64,000 nt of DNA from Sphingobium sp. (lineage in GTDB: Bacteria; Pseudomonadota; Alphaproteobacteria; Sphingomonadales; Sphingomonadaceae), in the NCBI GenBank assembly GCA_035911355.1, contig JAMHVU010000071.1:51835-115834 (forward strand). The letters are read 5' to 3'. The notes under the pieces were generated by a model that ran no database searches, was not told where the DNA came from, and saw only the letters and a list, made by a program, of their open reading frames with translations. This document shows positions 52,514 to 62,399 of the stretch, in pieces (the stretch's first letter is position 1; each line of letters opens with the position of its first letter). The position numbers and the translations under genes were made by a program.

Positions 52514-52835
52514 ATGAAGATCCCCTTCTGACCATTTCGACATGACAGGGCTTGCGGTGGGATCGCATCCCGCTTCTTGCGATCGAACTTGACCATCCAC
52601 CAAGGCTGACGCTCTGCTTGCGGGCTCCAAATGGCGCTGCCGACAAGCCTGCGTCAAGTGCGTCACGATACGACGCTCTGTCAGCCAGAAACGCAGTCTT
52701 CATGAAAATGATATATCGTTTCAAATAAATCAGATCACATTTACCTTGATGGTCAGAAGTAATCTGTCTCATGTTCTAAATATGCAGTCTGGTTTTACCG
52801 TGACAAATGGGCGGTCGGCTCTTATGTCATGCCGC

Positions 52836-53168
52836 ATGTTCCGTAAGGGCCTTCTTGTTATCTGGATTCTCGTGGCTGCGCTGGTTGTGACGACAACCGT
52901 GCATGTGCGCGAGCTGCCGGGCATTGAGGGGCTTGAATGTTCTGGAGCGGTTCACTCCGAGACTGAGGATGATCGCGGGCAGACCCCCGGCGAGGTCGAC
53001 AAGGGCACCGTGCATCATCACGGCTGTCACGGCGCATCGTCGTTTTTGGCGGGGAATGGAACGGGCGATGTGATGGTCACGTCGTCATCCCGCGCATATC
53101 CTCCCCAGCGGGTTGCAGCGCTTTTGCCGCGCCCCATCGATCCGGGCCTTCGTCCACCCATCGCCTGA
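52836..53168 (+). CDS. Small His/Cys-rich exported protein upstream of czcC (CzcI-like)
   Basis: N-terminal hydrophobic segment, HHHGCHG, C-terminal LRPPIA; start uncertain. Confidence 0.7.
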   Translation: MFRKGLLVIWILVAALVVTTTVHVRELPGIEGLECSGAVHSETEDDRGQTPGEVDKGTVHHHGCHGASSFLAGNGTGDVMVTSSSRAYPPQRVAALLPRPIDPGLRPPIA

Positions 53169-53243
53169 CCGACTTTTCGCGACGTCCGCATCCGCTTCAC
53201 GCGGCGTGCGGCTTTCACGCATTTCAAGGTCAGGATTTCTACC

Positions 53244-54506
53244 ATGCACGTTCCAATCGCGGCCGCTCTGGCCGTGTTGTCCTGCGCTGCCTCTGTGCAG
53301 GCACGGACGATCTTGCCTGTCGAGGCGAGCGATATGCTCAGCCTCGACCAGGCTCTCGCCATGGCTGGAGCGGCGTCGCCGGCGCTCGACATCGCCGAGG
53401 CTGATATCGATGCCGCCGCCGCTGCCCGGGATGTGGCCAGCCTGCGCCCCAATCCCGAGATCATGGTTGAGGCAGAAAATGTTGCCGGGAGTGGGCTTTA
53501 TCGCGGGAGCAGGAGCCTGGAGGCCACGACCACGCTGGCCTTGCCAATCGAACTTGGTGGCAAGCGCGCGGCACGTATCGGCGTTGCGGATGCGCGCGCG
53601 CACCGCATCGCGATACAGGCGGCGGTCGCGCGGGCTGATCTGCGGCTCGCGGTTATCCAGAGCTATGCCGAGGCGATCGCGGCCCGACGCCGGCTCGCGA
53701 CGGCGCGCGATCAGGCCCGTATTGCCAAGGAAGGGGCACGGGTAGCCGAGGTCCGCGTCCGAGCGGGGCGGGCCTCGCCAATAGAGGTTCAGCGTGCCGG
53801 CGTCGCGCGGATCAACGCGGATGCCGAGGTCGAGCGGATGCAACGGCTTCTGAATGTGGCCGATTACGCACTGTCCAGAATGATCGGCCAGCCCGTTGCG
53901 GGGGGGCTCGACGATGGATGGTTTGCCAATACGCGCGCGGCTTATGGCCCGATGGAGAGAGTCGAAAGCGCCGGCACGCTGGCGCTTGCTGCCGCAGACA
54001 GCGATCTGGCCATTGCAGACGCTGGCGTTCGCCTCGCCCGGGCGCAGCGCATGCCCGATCTGACGCTGGGTGCTGGCGGTCGCTATATGCGTGAGACCGG
54101 CGACACTGCGGCCCTGTTCAGCCTGTCCATTCCGCTGCCGCTCTTCAACAACGGCCGGGCAGCACTTGCACAGGCATCCTTCGAGCGATCGCGCGTGGAC
54201 GCCCAGCGGCGCGTCACCGCGCTTGAGGTCGATCAGGCCATAGCGCGGGCACAGGTGGAGGCCGCGAATGCGGCGACCATGGCGGCAACCGCGAATGGAC
54301 CGGCCTTGCGCGCTGCGGAAGAAGCCGCCCGCATTGCCCGCATTGGCTATCGTGAGGGCAAGTTCGGCCAACTCGATCTGCTCGATGCCGAGCGTACCCT
54401 CGCAGACACACGACGCGCGGCGATTGACGCGCTGCTTAATCACCACAGCGCACAGGCGCAGCTTGAACGGCTGACCGTTCGCGCGCCCGATCTTCAAGGA
54501 CATTGA
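53244..54506 (+). CDS. CzcC/TolC-family outer-membrane efflux protein
   Basis: RPNP, PIELGGKR, SIPLPLFN, YREGK...LLDAER. Confidence 0.9.
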   Translation: MHVPIAAALAVLSCAASVQARTILPVEASDMLSLDQALAMAGAASPALDIAEADIDAAAAARDVASLRPNPEIMVEAENVAGSGLYRGSRSLEATTTLALPIELGGKRAARIGVADARAHRIAIQAAVARADLRLAVIQSYAEAIAARRRLATARDQARIAKEGARVAEVRVRAGRASPIEVQRAGVARINADAEVERMQRLLNVADYALSRMIGQPVAGGLDDGWFANTRAAYGPMERVESAGTLALAAADSDLAIADAGVRLARAQRMPDLTLGAGGRYMRETGDTAALFSLSIPLPLFNNGRAALAQASFERSRVDAQRRVTALEVDQAIARAQVEAANAATMAATANGPALRAAEEAARIARIGYREGKFGQLDLLDAERTLADTRRAAIDALLNHHSAQAQLERLTVRAPDLQGH

Positions 54507-54508
54507 CC

Positions 54509-55648
54509 ATGAGGCACATCATCATAGCGACATTGTCGCTTAGTCTTTCCGCATTGATCGTGACAGGCTGCTCCGGCGTCGCTCCCGCCCCGGTTGAGGA
54601 GCAGCCCGCCAAGGCAGACCATGGCGATGAAGAGGGCGATATTGACCTCAGTGCCGATCAGATATCCAGGGCGGGCATCACTCTCGTCCGGGTAATTCGC
54701 AGTGGCGGTGGAGCGTTGACCCTGCCTGCAACCATCGACGGTGATCCGCAGGCCATGCAGGTCGTGTCGGCGGCGATCGGCGGCCGTATCGTTTCGCTGA
54801 CCCGTAATCTGGGTCAGCCAGTCGGGCGTGGTCAAACGCTGGCGGTTATCGAAAGTCGGGAGGCCGCCGTGCTTAACGCGGAGATCGAGGCGGCGCAGGC
54901 GCGGCTCGCGCTTGCGGAATCGACCCTGCGGCGTGAACAAAAATTGTTCGATGAGCGGGTTTCCCCGGAGCAGGATCTGATCGCGGCGCGCACCGTCGCG
55001 GGTGAAGCGCGCATTGCGCTGCGCCTTGCCCGGCAGCAGGTTGCTGCGGCAGGTGACAGCGGAGGCGCACTGAACCGGATTGCCATCGTCTCGCCGCTTT
55101 CCGGTCAGGTGGTCGATCGGCGCGTGATGCTTGGGCAGACGGTGGCGGCCGATACGGAAATGTTTCGTGTTGCCGATCTGTCAAAGGTGGCGGTGACGCT
55201 GGCCATATCACCGGCCGATGCAGGCAAGGTGAGGCCGGGTGCCGCGATGGAGATTGTCTCGGGAGACCGTAAGACGTCCGCGCGCGTCAATTTCGTCTCG
55301 CCGGTTCTCGATGAGACGACGCGCCTCGTCACCGTGATTGCGAGCATCGATAATCGTGCGGGCCAGTGGCGCGTGGGTGAGCCGGTTACCGCGTCCATAG
55401 AGTTGTCGGGCGGTGGTGCCAGTTCGGTGCTGGTCCCGCAAAGTGCGGTCCAGACGGTCGAAGGTCGCCCGATCGTGTTCGCTCGTACCGCTCATGGTTT
55501 CAGAGCCATGTCCGTCACGCTGGGGAGCCCGAGTGGCGACAACATCGTCGTCACCTCAGGTTTGCGTGGAGACGAGCAGATTGCCGATGCCAACAGCTTC
55601 ACGCTCAAGGCTGAGCTTGGAAAAGGCGAAGCGGAGCACGGGCATTGA
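54509..55648 (+). CDS. CzcB-like RND periplasmic adaptor
   Basis: Lipoprotein-like signal, helical hairpin, SPLSGQV, LKAELGKGEAEHGH end. Confidence 0.9.
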   Translation: MRHIIIATLSLSLSALIVTGCSGVAPAPVEEQPAKADHGDEEGDIDLSADQISRAGITLVRVIRSGGGALTLPATIDGDPQAMQVVSAAIGGRIVSLTRNLGQPVGRGQTLAVIESREAAVLNAEIEAAQARLALAESTLRREQKLFDERVSPEQDLIAARTVAGEARIALRLARQQVAAAGDSGGALNRIAIVSPLSGQVVDRRVMLGQTVAADTEMFRVADLSKVAVTLAISPADAGKVRPGAAMEIVSGDRKTSARVNFVSPVLDETTRLVTVIASIDNRAGQWRVGEPVTASIELSGGGASSVLVPQSAVQTVEGRPIVFARTAHGFRAMSVTLGSPSGDNIVVTSGLRGDEQIADANSFTLKAELGKGEAEHGH

Positions 55649-55650
55649 GC

Positions 55651-58600
55651 ATGATCGATCATATCGTCACCCTGTCCGTCGCGCGCCGCTGGTTGGTGCT
55701 GCTTGTGACGCTCCTTGCCATGATCGTTGGCGGCTGGGCGCTCTCGCGCCTGCCGATCGACGCTGTTCCCGACATTACCAATAATCAGGTGCAGGTGAAT
55801 GTCGTGGCGCCTGCGCTTTCGCCTGAGCTGATCGAGAAACAGGTCGCGTTTCCAATCGAAAACGCGCTCGCGGGCGTTCCGGGCCTTGAATACACACGGT
55901 CGCTGAGCCGCAATGGCTTCGCACAGGTGACGGCGGTCTTTACCGAGGCAACCGACATTTACTTCGCGCGGCAGCAAGTTGCCGAGCGGTTGCGCGTGGC
56001 GGAGGAAAGCCTGCCGGAAGGCGCGAATCCGACCATAGGGCCGATCGCCACGGGGTTGGGCGAAGTCTATATGTGGACCGTTCATCTCGAACATCGCAAG
56101 GGCGATGAGCACAAGCCCGGTGAGCCGGGTCTTCAGCCTGACGGCAGCTACATCACGCCGGAAGGTGAGCGTCTCGTCAGCGACGCGGACAAGGCGACCT
56201 ATCTGCGGACCGTGCAGGACTGGATCGTCGCTCCGTTGCTCAGGGGCACGCCGGGGCTGGCCGGCGTGGATTCGATCGGCGGCTATGTGAAGCAGTTCCA
56301 GGTCGTGCCGGATACGCAGCGCCTCGCTGCCCTTGGCATGACACTGACTGATCTGGCGCAAGCGCTGGAGCAGAACAACGCCGGTGTTGGCGCTGGCGTG
56401 ATTGATCGCGGCGGGGAGGGCCTCGCGGTCCGCTCGGATGCGCGCATCCGCAATATCGGGGAGCTGGGCGCGACGGTCATCGCCACCCGGGAGGGGACAG
56501 CGATCCGGCTCGATCAGGTGGCGCAAGTTCGCCACGGACAGGCCATCCGCTATGGTTCCGCATCAGAAAATGGCCGCGAGGTCGTGGTCGGCACGGCGGT
56601 CATGCGGATTGGCGAGAACAGCCGGACGGTGGCGTCGGCGGTTGCGGATCGGCTGGTGGAAATCAACGCCTCAATGCCGACCGACGTGGTGATCCAGCCC
56701 GTGCTGGATCGCACCGCGCTGGTGAATGCGACGATTAAAACGGTTGCGAAGAACCTCACGGAGGGCGCGCTGCTCGTCATCGTCGTGCTGTTCCTGCTCC
56801 TGGGTAATTTCCGGGCAGCGCTGATCGCGGCACTGGTGATCCCGATTACCATGCTGATGACAAGCTTCGGCATGTTGCGCGGCGGGGTGTCCGCAAACCT
56901 GATGAGCCTCGGCGCGTTGGATTTCGGGCTGATCGTGGACGGGGCGGTCATCATCGTCGAGAATGCGCTGCGGTGCATTGCCGGGCGCCAGCATGATCTC
57001 GGCCGCGCGCTGACGGTCAACGAGCGGCTCGATCTGGTGACGCAGGCCGCGCGGGAAATGATCCGGCCGTCCGTGTTCGGGCAGGCGATCATCATCCTCG
57101 TCTATGTTCCGTTACTCATGCTCACCGGGGTAGAGGGCAAGACGTTCACGCCGATGGCCTTGACGGTCATCATCGCGCTGGTCAGCGCGTTCGTCCTGTC
57201 GCTGACCTTCGTGCCGGCGATGCTCGCCATCTGGCTTTCCCGGCCGGTGGCGGAGAAGGAAGGCCGGGCCATGGGCTGGCTCAAGCAGCGCTATGCGCCG
57301 GGCCTGGACCGCGCGATGAGCCGGCCGGCGATGACGCTGGGTGTGGGCATGGGTGCATTTTTTGCCGCGCTCCTCGGCTTCTCATTTCTGGGACAGGAGT
57401 TTCTACCTCAGCTCGATGAGGGGGATCTGACCGCGCAGATCCTTCGCGTGCCGGGCACGTCCATCGATCAGAGCCAAGCTATGCAATCCCGCATCGAGCG
57501 GGAGATCGCAAAACTGCCGGAGGTCCGTTTTGTCTTTTCCAAGACCGGGACGGCCGAACTTGCGGCGGACCCAATGCCGCCGAATATTTCCGACACGTTC
57601 ATCATCATGAAGCCGAGAGATGCGTGGTCGGACAGCCGCCTGCCCCGGGCGGCGCTGATCGCCAAGGTGGAGGAGGTGCTGGATGGTATCCCCGGCGGGG
57701 CCTTCGAGATCAGTCAGCCGATCCAGATGCGCTTCAACGAGCTGATCGCGGGGGTACGCGGTGACGTCGCCGTCAAGCTGTTCGGTGACGATCCTGCTGC
57801 GATGAATGCCACGGCGGACAGGATCGCCGCGATCCTGCGCCGGACCGATGGTGCCGTGGATGTTCGCGTGGAGCAGACCGAGGGGCTGCCGATGCTGGAT
57901 ATCCGGCCGCGGCGGGATATGATGGCGCGGCTCGGTGTCACCGCGCAGACGGTTCAGGATACCGTGTCCGCCGCCGTCGGCGGACGTGATGCCGGGATGA
58001 TCTTCGAGGGAGACCGGCGCTTTGCCGTGACGATCCGCCTGTCGGATGCGGCGCGCGCTGATCTTCAGGCATTGGGGCAGGTGCCGGTTCCGCTGCCGGG
58101 GGGCGGGTTCGTGCCTCTGGAAAGCGTCGCGGCCATCGGCGTCACGGATGGGCCGAACCAGATTAGCCGGGAAAATGGCAAGCGCCGGGTCGTGGTGCAG
58201 GCCAATGTGCGCGGGCGGGATGTCGCCAGTGTCGTGGCCGACGCCAAGGCCGCGATAGACAGTGAGGTGCGGCTCGCAAGCGGGCAATATCTCGATTGGG
58301 GCGGGCAGTTCGAGAATTTGCGGTCCGCCAGCGAGCGGCTCCTGCTTGTGGTCCCTGCCTGCTTCGCGCTCATCCTGTTGCTGCTCTACGGCGCGCTGGG
58401 GAGCGTGCGGGATGCCGCCATCGTGTTCACGGGGGTTCCGCTCGCGCTTGTCGGCGGCGTGCTGGCGCTGGCCTTGCGGGGCATGCCGTTCTCAATCTCG
58501 GCTGCGGTGGGCTTCATCGCTCTTTCCGGCATTGCGGTGTTGAACGGGCTCGTCATGGTCACATCCATTCAGGGGCTGATGGATGCCGGCATGAGCCGCG

Positions 58601-58854
58601 CGAAAGCAGCGCATGAGGGCGCGATGATGCGGCTGCGCCCGGTCGTCATGACCGCGCTTGTGGCGAGCCTGGGTTTTGTGCCCATGGCGCTGTCCACCGG
58701 ATCGGGCGCGGAGGTGCAAAAGCCGCTTGCCACCGTGGTCATTGGCGGGCTCGTTTCCGCAACGTTGCTGACCCTGTTCGTGCTGCCAACACTCTATGCC
58801 CGCTATGGTCGACGGTCGGGCAGGGGCTCTGAACCGACCGTGCTGACGGCATGA
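55651..58854 (+). CDS. CzcA/CusA-family heavy-metal efflux RND permease
   Basis: LPIDAVPDITN, NLMSLGALDFGLIVDGA, GAEVQKPLATVVIGG. Confidence 0.95.
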   Translation: MIDHIVTLSVARRWLVLLVTLLAMIVGGWALSRLPIDAVPDITNNQVQVNVVAPALSPELIEKQVAFPIENALAGVPGLEYTRSLSRNGFAQVTAVFTEATDIYFARQQVAERLRVAEESLPEGANPTIGPIATGLGEVYMWTVHLEHRKGDEHKPGEPGLQPDGSYITPEGERLVSDADKATYLRTVQDWIVAPLLRGTPGLAGVDSIGGYVKQFQVVPDTQRLAALGMTLTDLAQALEQNNAGVGAGVIDRGGEGLAVRSDARIRNIGELGATVIATREGTAIRLDQVAQVRHGQAIRYGSASENGREVVVGTAVMRIGENSRTVASAVADRLVEINASMPTDVVIQPVLDRTALVNATIKTVAKNLTEGALLVIVVLFLLLGNFRAALIAALVIPITMLMTSFGMLRGGVSANLMSLGALDFGLIVDGAVIIVENALRCIAGRQHDLGRALTVNERLDLVTQAAREMIRPSVFGQAIIILVYVPLLMLTGVEGKTFTPMALTVIIALVSAFVLSLTFVPAMLAIWLSRPVAEKEGRAMGWLKQRYAPGLDRAMSRPAMTLGVGMGAFFAALLGFSFLGQEFLPQLDEGDLTAQILRVPGTSIDQSQAMQSRIEREIAKLPEVRFVFSKTGTAELAADPMPPNISDTFIIMKPRDAWSDSRLPRAALIAKVEEVLDGIPGGAFEISQPIQMRFNELIAGVRGDVAVKLFGDDPAAMNATADRIAAILRRTDGAVDVRVEQTEGLPMLDIRPRRDMMARLGVTAQTVQDTVSAAVGGRDAGMIFEGDRRFAVTIRLSDAARADLQALGQVPVPLPGGGFVPLESVAAIGVTDGPNQISRENGKRRVVVQANVRGRDVASVVADAKAAIDSEVRLASGQYLDWGGQFENLRSASERLLLVVPACFALILLLLYGALGSVRDAAIVFTGVPLALVGGVLALALRGMPFSISAAVGFIALSGIAVLNGLVMVTSIQGLMDAGMSRAKAAHEGAMMRLRPVVMTALVASLGFVPMALSTGSGAEVQKPLATVVIGGLVSATLLTLFVLPTLYARYGRRSGRGSEPTVLTA

Positions 58855-58904
58855 GTTTATGGGTCGCGCGCAGTCCTGTGGCAGGGGCTGCGCGCGGCGC
58901 TCCC

Positions 58905-60980
58905 TCAATATCGCGCTCTTACGGTGGCGGAGAAGCTGCGGCCCCGCTCGGGGAAGCCGTCGGTCAGCACATAATTGTCATCAAAGAGATTGCGTGCGCC
59001 CACGCCGATCTCCACGCCATCACGGACTGTATAATTGATCGTGAGGTTGGCGAGGACATAGCTGCCAGTGCGATAATATACGGGTGTCGACGCGGTCGTC
59101 AGCGTCATCCGGTCTGAAGCGATGTCAACGCTGGGCACGATGCGGAGACCACCAGCCGGTGCCCAGGACGCATAGGCAAAGCCCTTGTGCGTCGGGACAT
59201 CGGTGAGCCTGAAAATGGGAACGGTGGTGCCTGCTGCTGGCGTACCGATGTTGAACGAGCGATGAGTGTAGCTGTAGTTCGCGCCGAGTTCGAGACTGTG
59301 GTCGATCTGCGCGGTCAGCCCGAGTTCCGCCCCATAATAGTCGGCGTTGCCAAGGTTCTGGCGCTGGGTGGAGTTGGCCGGAAAGCCCGCTGGCCGGACG
59401 GCGACGATTGCATCGCTGATATCGCTGTAGAAGAGCGCGCCTTCCAGGCGCAGGATCCCGATCCGGCGGGAGCCGCCAAGCTCGTAATTGACCGCGCGTT
59501 CGGCTTTCAACGCGGGATTGGAGGCGGCGGTGCCGAATTGCGTGCTGAACCGTTCAAAAATAGTTGGGAACCGCGCGCGGGATGAGATGCTGGCGTGCAG
59601 GCTGGTGTTTGGATCGGGAGACCAGACGAGTTGGCCCTGCGCGTTGAAGGCGGCTGCGTTGCGAAGCGGATAACTGAAAATCCGGGAGGCCCCGCCGCCC
59701 GGTGGCGTGCCATATTCCTCGGCACTCTTCAGGTCGCGCCAGTCGAAGCTCACGCCTGCGGTGAGGGAGAGGGCAGGGGAAAGGGTCAGGCGGTTCTCCG
59801 CCGCGACGCTGTATGTGTCCTCAATGTTGGTCTGGCGCGGTTCCGTAGTGCCGGACGGGAAGCTCTGCTGCCATTCGACATGCTTGTCGCGCCGATAAAA
59901 GGCTGACAGGCTGAACCTATTATTCCCGGTCAGGTCGATGTCGAGCTGGGCCGATCCCCCCCACGCCTTGTCGGCATAGTAGCTGTTGAACGCGCGACCC
60001 AAAGTCTGGGTCGTCTGGCTGCGGTTGTCGAACGCGCGCAGCAGATTGTCGAAACTATTGGCATAAGCACGCGTCTTGAGGGTCGCACGGTTGCTCAGCG
60101 CGGTTGTCGAGAGGAAGTAGATGCTCTCGATATTCCAGTAGGGCCAGCTCCAGTTGCGCTGGGCGCTGACGGCATCCGTTACGTGCAGCGGTGCATTTTT
60201 CGCGCCCTCCTGCCGCGTGTAGCTGATCGAATATTCGTCCGTTTCATTAGGCGTGAAACCGAATTTTGCGTTCATCCGCCAGTCGCGTGTCCGCGAGAAA
60301 TCGCGCGCGCCGCCTTGCTCGGCCGATCCGGCTGTCGGCGTATATCCGCCCGCCAGGTCCCAATGGTCCTGATAATTCCGGGTGTAGGAGCCTAGCGCAT
60401 ACCAGCGCTCCTGCCGCGTGCCGAGCAAGCCGAAGATCGTGTAACCCGCATAGTCGGCATCCCTATCGAGGCTTAGAGTGCCGCGCGCCTCCGCTTCGAT
60501 CGTCTTGGTCGGCTTGCGGGTGACGAGGTTGATTGCGCCACCCATTGCGCCCGGTCCGTCCAGCACGGAGGCATAGCCTTTGGCGACTTGTATTTCGGCG
60601 ATATCGGGGGTGAGAAAGCGGCCATAATCCAGCCGGTTGTCGGCGGGCAGATAGACGCGGATGCCATCGAGCGAGAGGGGAACCTGAAAGCGGTCGAAAC
60701 CGCGTACGAAGATCAGCCGCTCATTGCGCGACCCGCCGCTATTGGCGAATGAGACGCCGGGTATCAAACCGATCGCATCGTCCAGCGTGTTGCGATTAAA
60801 GGCGTAGATCGCCTCCGACGACAGCGTTGATTGACCGATGGAGATGCCCTCCGGGGGAGCGGCGGTAACAATGATCTGCCCAAGCGTGAAGGCAGGAGCG
60901 TTCTCAGGTTCGGATGCATTTGCCATTTGGGCGCCGATGGTAAGCGCCAAAGGCATGGTCAGTATGATCGCAATTCGCAT
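58905..60980 (-). CDS. TonB-dependent receptor
   Basis: Signal peptide, TonB-box-like IIVTA, plug (VRGF...DG...GGAINLVTRKP), NLFD, terminal aromatic residue. Confidence 0.95.
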   Translation of the reverse strand: MRIAIILTMPLALTIGAQMANASEPENAPAFTLGQIIVTAAPPEGISIGQSTLSSEAIYAFNRNTLDDAIGLIPGVSFANSGGSRNERLIFVRGFDRFQVPLSLDGIRVYLPADNRLDYGRFLTPDIAEIQVAKGYASVLDGPGAMGGAINLVTRKPTKTIEAEARGTLSLDRDADYAGYTIFGLLGTRQERWYALGSYTRNYQDHWDLAGGYTPTAGSAEQGGARDFSRTRDWRMNAKFGFTPNETDEYSISYTRQEGAKNAPLHVTDAVSAQRNWSWPYWNIESIYFLSTTALSNRATLKTRAYANSFDNLLRAFDNRSQTTQTLGRAFNSYYADKAWGGSAQLDIDLTGNNRFSLSAFYRRDKHVEWQQSFPSGTTEPRQTNIEDTYSVAAENRLTLSPALSLTAGVSFDWRDLKSAEEYGTPPGGGASRIFSYPLRNAAAFNAQGQLVWSPDPNTSLHASISSRARFPTIFERFSTQFGTAASNPALKAERAVNYELGGSRRIGILRLEGALFYSDISDAIVAVRPAGFPANSTQRQNLGNADYYGAELGLTAQIDHSLELGANYSYTHRSFNIGTPAAGTTVPIFRLTDVPTHKGFAYASWAPAGGLRIVPSVDIASDRMTLTTASTPVYYRTGSYVLANLTINYTVRDGVEIGVGARNLFDDNYVLTDGFPERGRSFSATVRARY

Positions 60981-61025
60981 CAGAGTCCCCCTGTCGTAGC
61001 GCGCCGGCATTGTGCTCGGTCGATT

Positions 61026-61046
61026 CGCTATATATGGTGATATATA
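61026..61046. promoter_or_regulatory. ModE-type operator (Mo box)
   Basis: CGC-TATATA-TGGTGA-TATATA matches CGNTATATA-N6-TATATA; ModE-like gene 0.7 kb away. Confidence 0.78.
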
Positions 61047-61071
61047 TTACTTGCCGGAAGGGGAAAGTCGG

Positions 61072-61599
61072 ATGCACATGAGGCTGTCAGCGATACTGAG
61101 CGGCTTGCTTGTCATGGCGCCTGCCTCAAGTGCCGTAGCCCAGCATGAAGGGCATGAATGCTCCGCGGAGACCGGCATTTTGCCGCAGAGTCTGGAAAAC
61201 TGGCGATCCCGCCAGTCTGCTCAGGCGGCGGACGAGGCCTCTACTCTTCGCGATGCGGGCCTTGCCGTAGGCACCGCGATTGATGCCGGTCTCCGACCGA
61301 CGGGTGAGGTTCGCTTTATTGTTCGCCCCGAAAAGCCCGGTGGGTCCGTGAGTTATGGTGGTATGTTCAGCTTCGTGGTCGAGCGGGCGGGGACTTATCG
61401 TGTCGCGCTTGGTGCCGGCGCGTGGGTGGATCTTCTGGCGGGAGAAAAGGCGATTGCCTCCATAGCGCACGGGCATGGCCCGGAATGCACGGGCATCCGC
61501 AAGATGGTGGATTTTCCGCTGACGCCGGGTCGCTACACGTTGCAGATCGCGGGAAACGGGACGCCGAGCTTGCCACTGATGGTGGCGCGCTTGCCTTGA
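61072..61599 (+). CDS. Exported His/Cys-containing protein of unknown function
   Basis: Signal peptide; QHEGHEC and HGHGPECTGIRKMVDF; divergent from the receptor. Confidence 0.8.
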   Translation: MHMRLSAILSGLLVMAPASSAVAQHEGHECSAETGILPQSLENWRSRQSAQAADEASTLRDAGLAVGTAIDAGLRPTGEVRFIVRPEKPGGSVSYGGMFSFVVERAGTYRVALGAGAWVDLLAGEKAIASIAHGHGPECTGIRKMVDFPLTPGRYTLQIAGNGTPSLPLMVARLP

Positions 61600-61712
61600 C
61601 GGGACAGCCGGTTCTCAAAAAAGCCTGATCTGGCGCATGCCCATAGGCCGGGCTCAGAAGCCAGAGTCTGTGCTTGATGGGCGGCGAAATCGGTCGGCTC
61701 TGTTCCGGCCGG

Positions 61713-62108
61713 TCAAGCGGATGGCGCAGGCGGTGCCATCCTTGGCCGGGGCTTGTCCAGCAGCATGGTCGTGAGCATGTCCAGGCTGCCTTGCGCGGCC
61801 GCGCTGGCAAGCTGGCGCTCCAGTTCCCGATAGCCATCAAGCACCAGCCGACCGGAGGCCGTGAGACGGGCACCCTTGGTTGCGCCACCGCCCGCTGTCG
61901 TCTCCACGAGCCTCTCGGTCCAGCAGTGGTTCATGCTGTCGACCAGCAGCCATGCACGACGATAGCTTAGGCCCATAGCCCGACCTGCTGCCGAGATTGA
62001 ACCAGTCTTTTCAATCGCCTCAAGCAGATCGGCCTTTCCGGGGCCTATCGCGGGTTCTTCGCCACAGAAGATCTGCGCTTTGAGTTTGAGCGGGCCAAGC
62101 CTTACCAT
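61713..62108 (-). CDS. Short ModE-family winged-helix regulator (no molybdate-binding TOBE domains)
   Basis: GPGKADLLEAI..TGSISAAGR.MGLSYRRAW...GG...GARLT; only 131 aa. Confidence 0.9.
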   Translation of the reverse strand: MVRLGPLKLKAQIFCGEEPAIGPGKADLLEAIEKTGSISAAGRAMGLSYRRAWLLVDSMNHCWTERLVETTAGGGATKGARLTASGRLVLDGYRELERQLASAAAQGSLDMLTTMLLDKPRPRMAPPAPSA

Positions 62109-62399
62109 GAGGTAGCTTGCTCGACGGCTATGGCCATGATCTCGTGCGCTATGAGGAGATCAGGTCCATCCTTCCAGATAGCCATGTCATGTTTCATCGC
62201 GCGGATTCCTCCCCTCAGGCTGATTCCAGCATAGCATGCGGAGCACCCTGCGCGATGCTTTATCCGATCACGGGCTTGATAGAATGGCAGCGCCGGTGCG
62301 ACGTGCCAGCCGGGACATGAGATGATGGTTTCTTCGTTTCTGCGCGATTCTCCGCCGCCCCGCCTTGCACATTCCGGCCGTTGATGCTGCAAGGTCGGC

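Noticed and set aside
61072-61599. Enzyme (dioxygenase) assignment for the exported protein
   Set aside because: Short, signal-peptide-bearing and without a recognisable catalytic motif; left as unknown function
62117-62320. 67-aa ORF between modE and the helicase
   Set aside because: TTG start, no recognisable motif; probably promoter DNA
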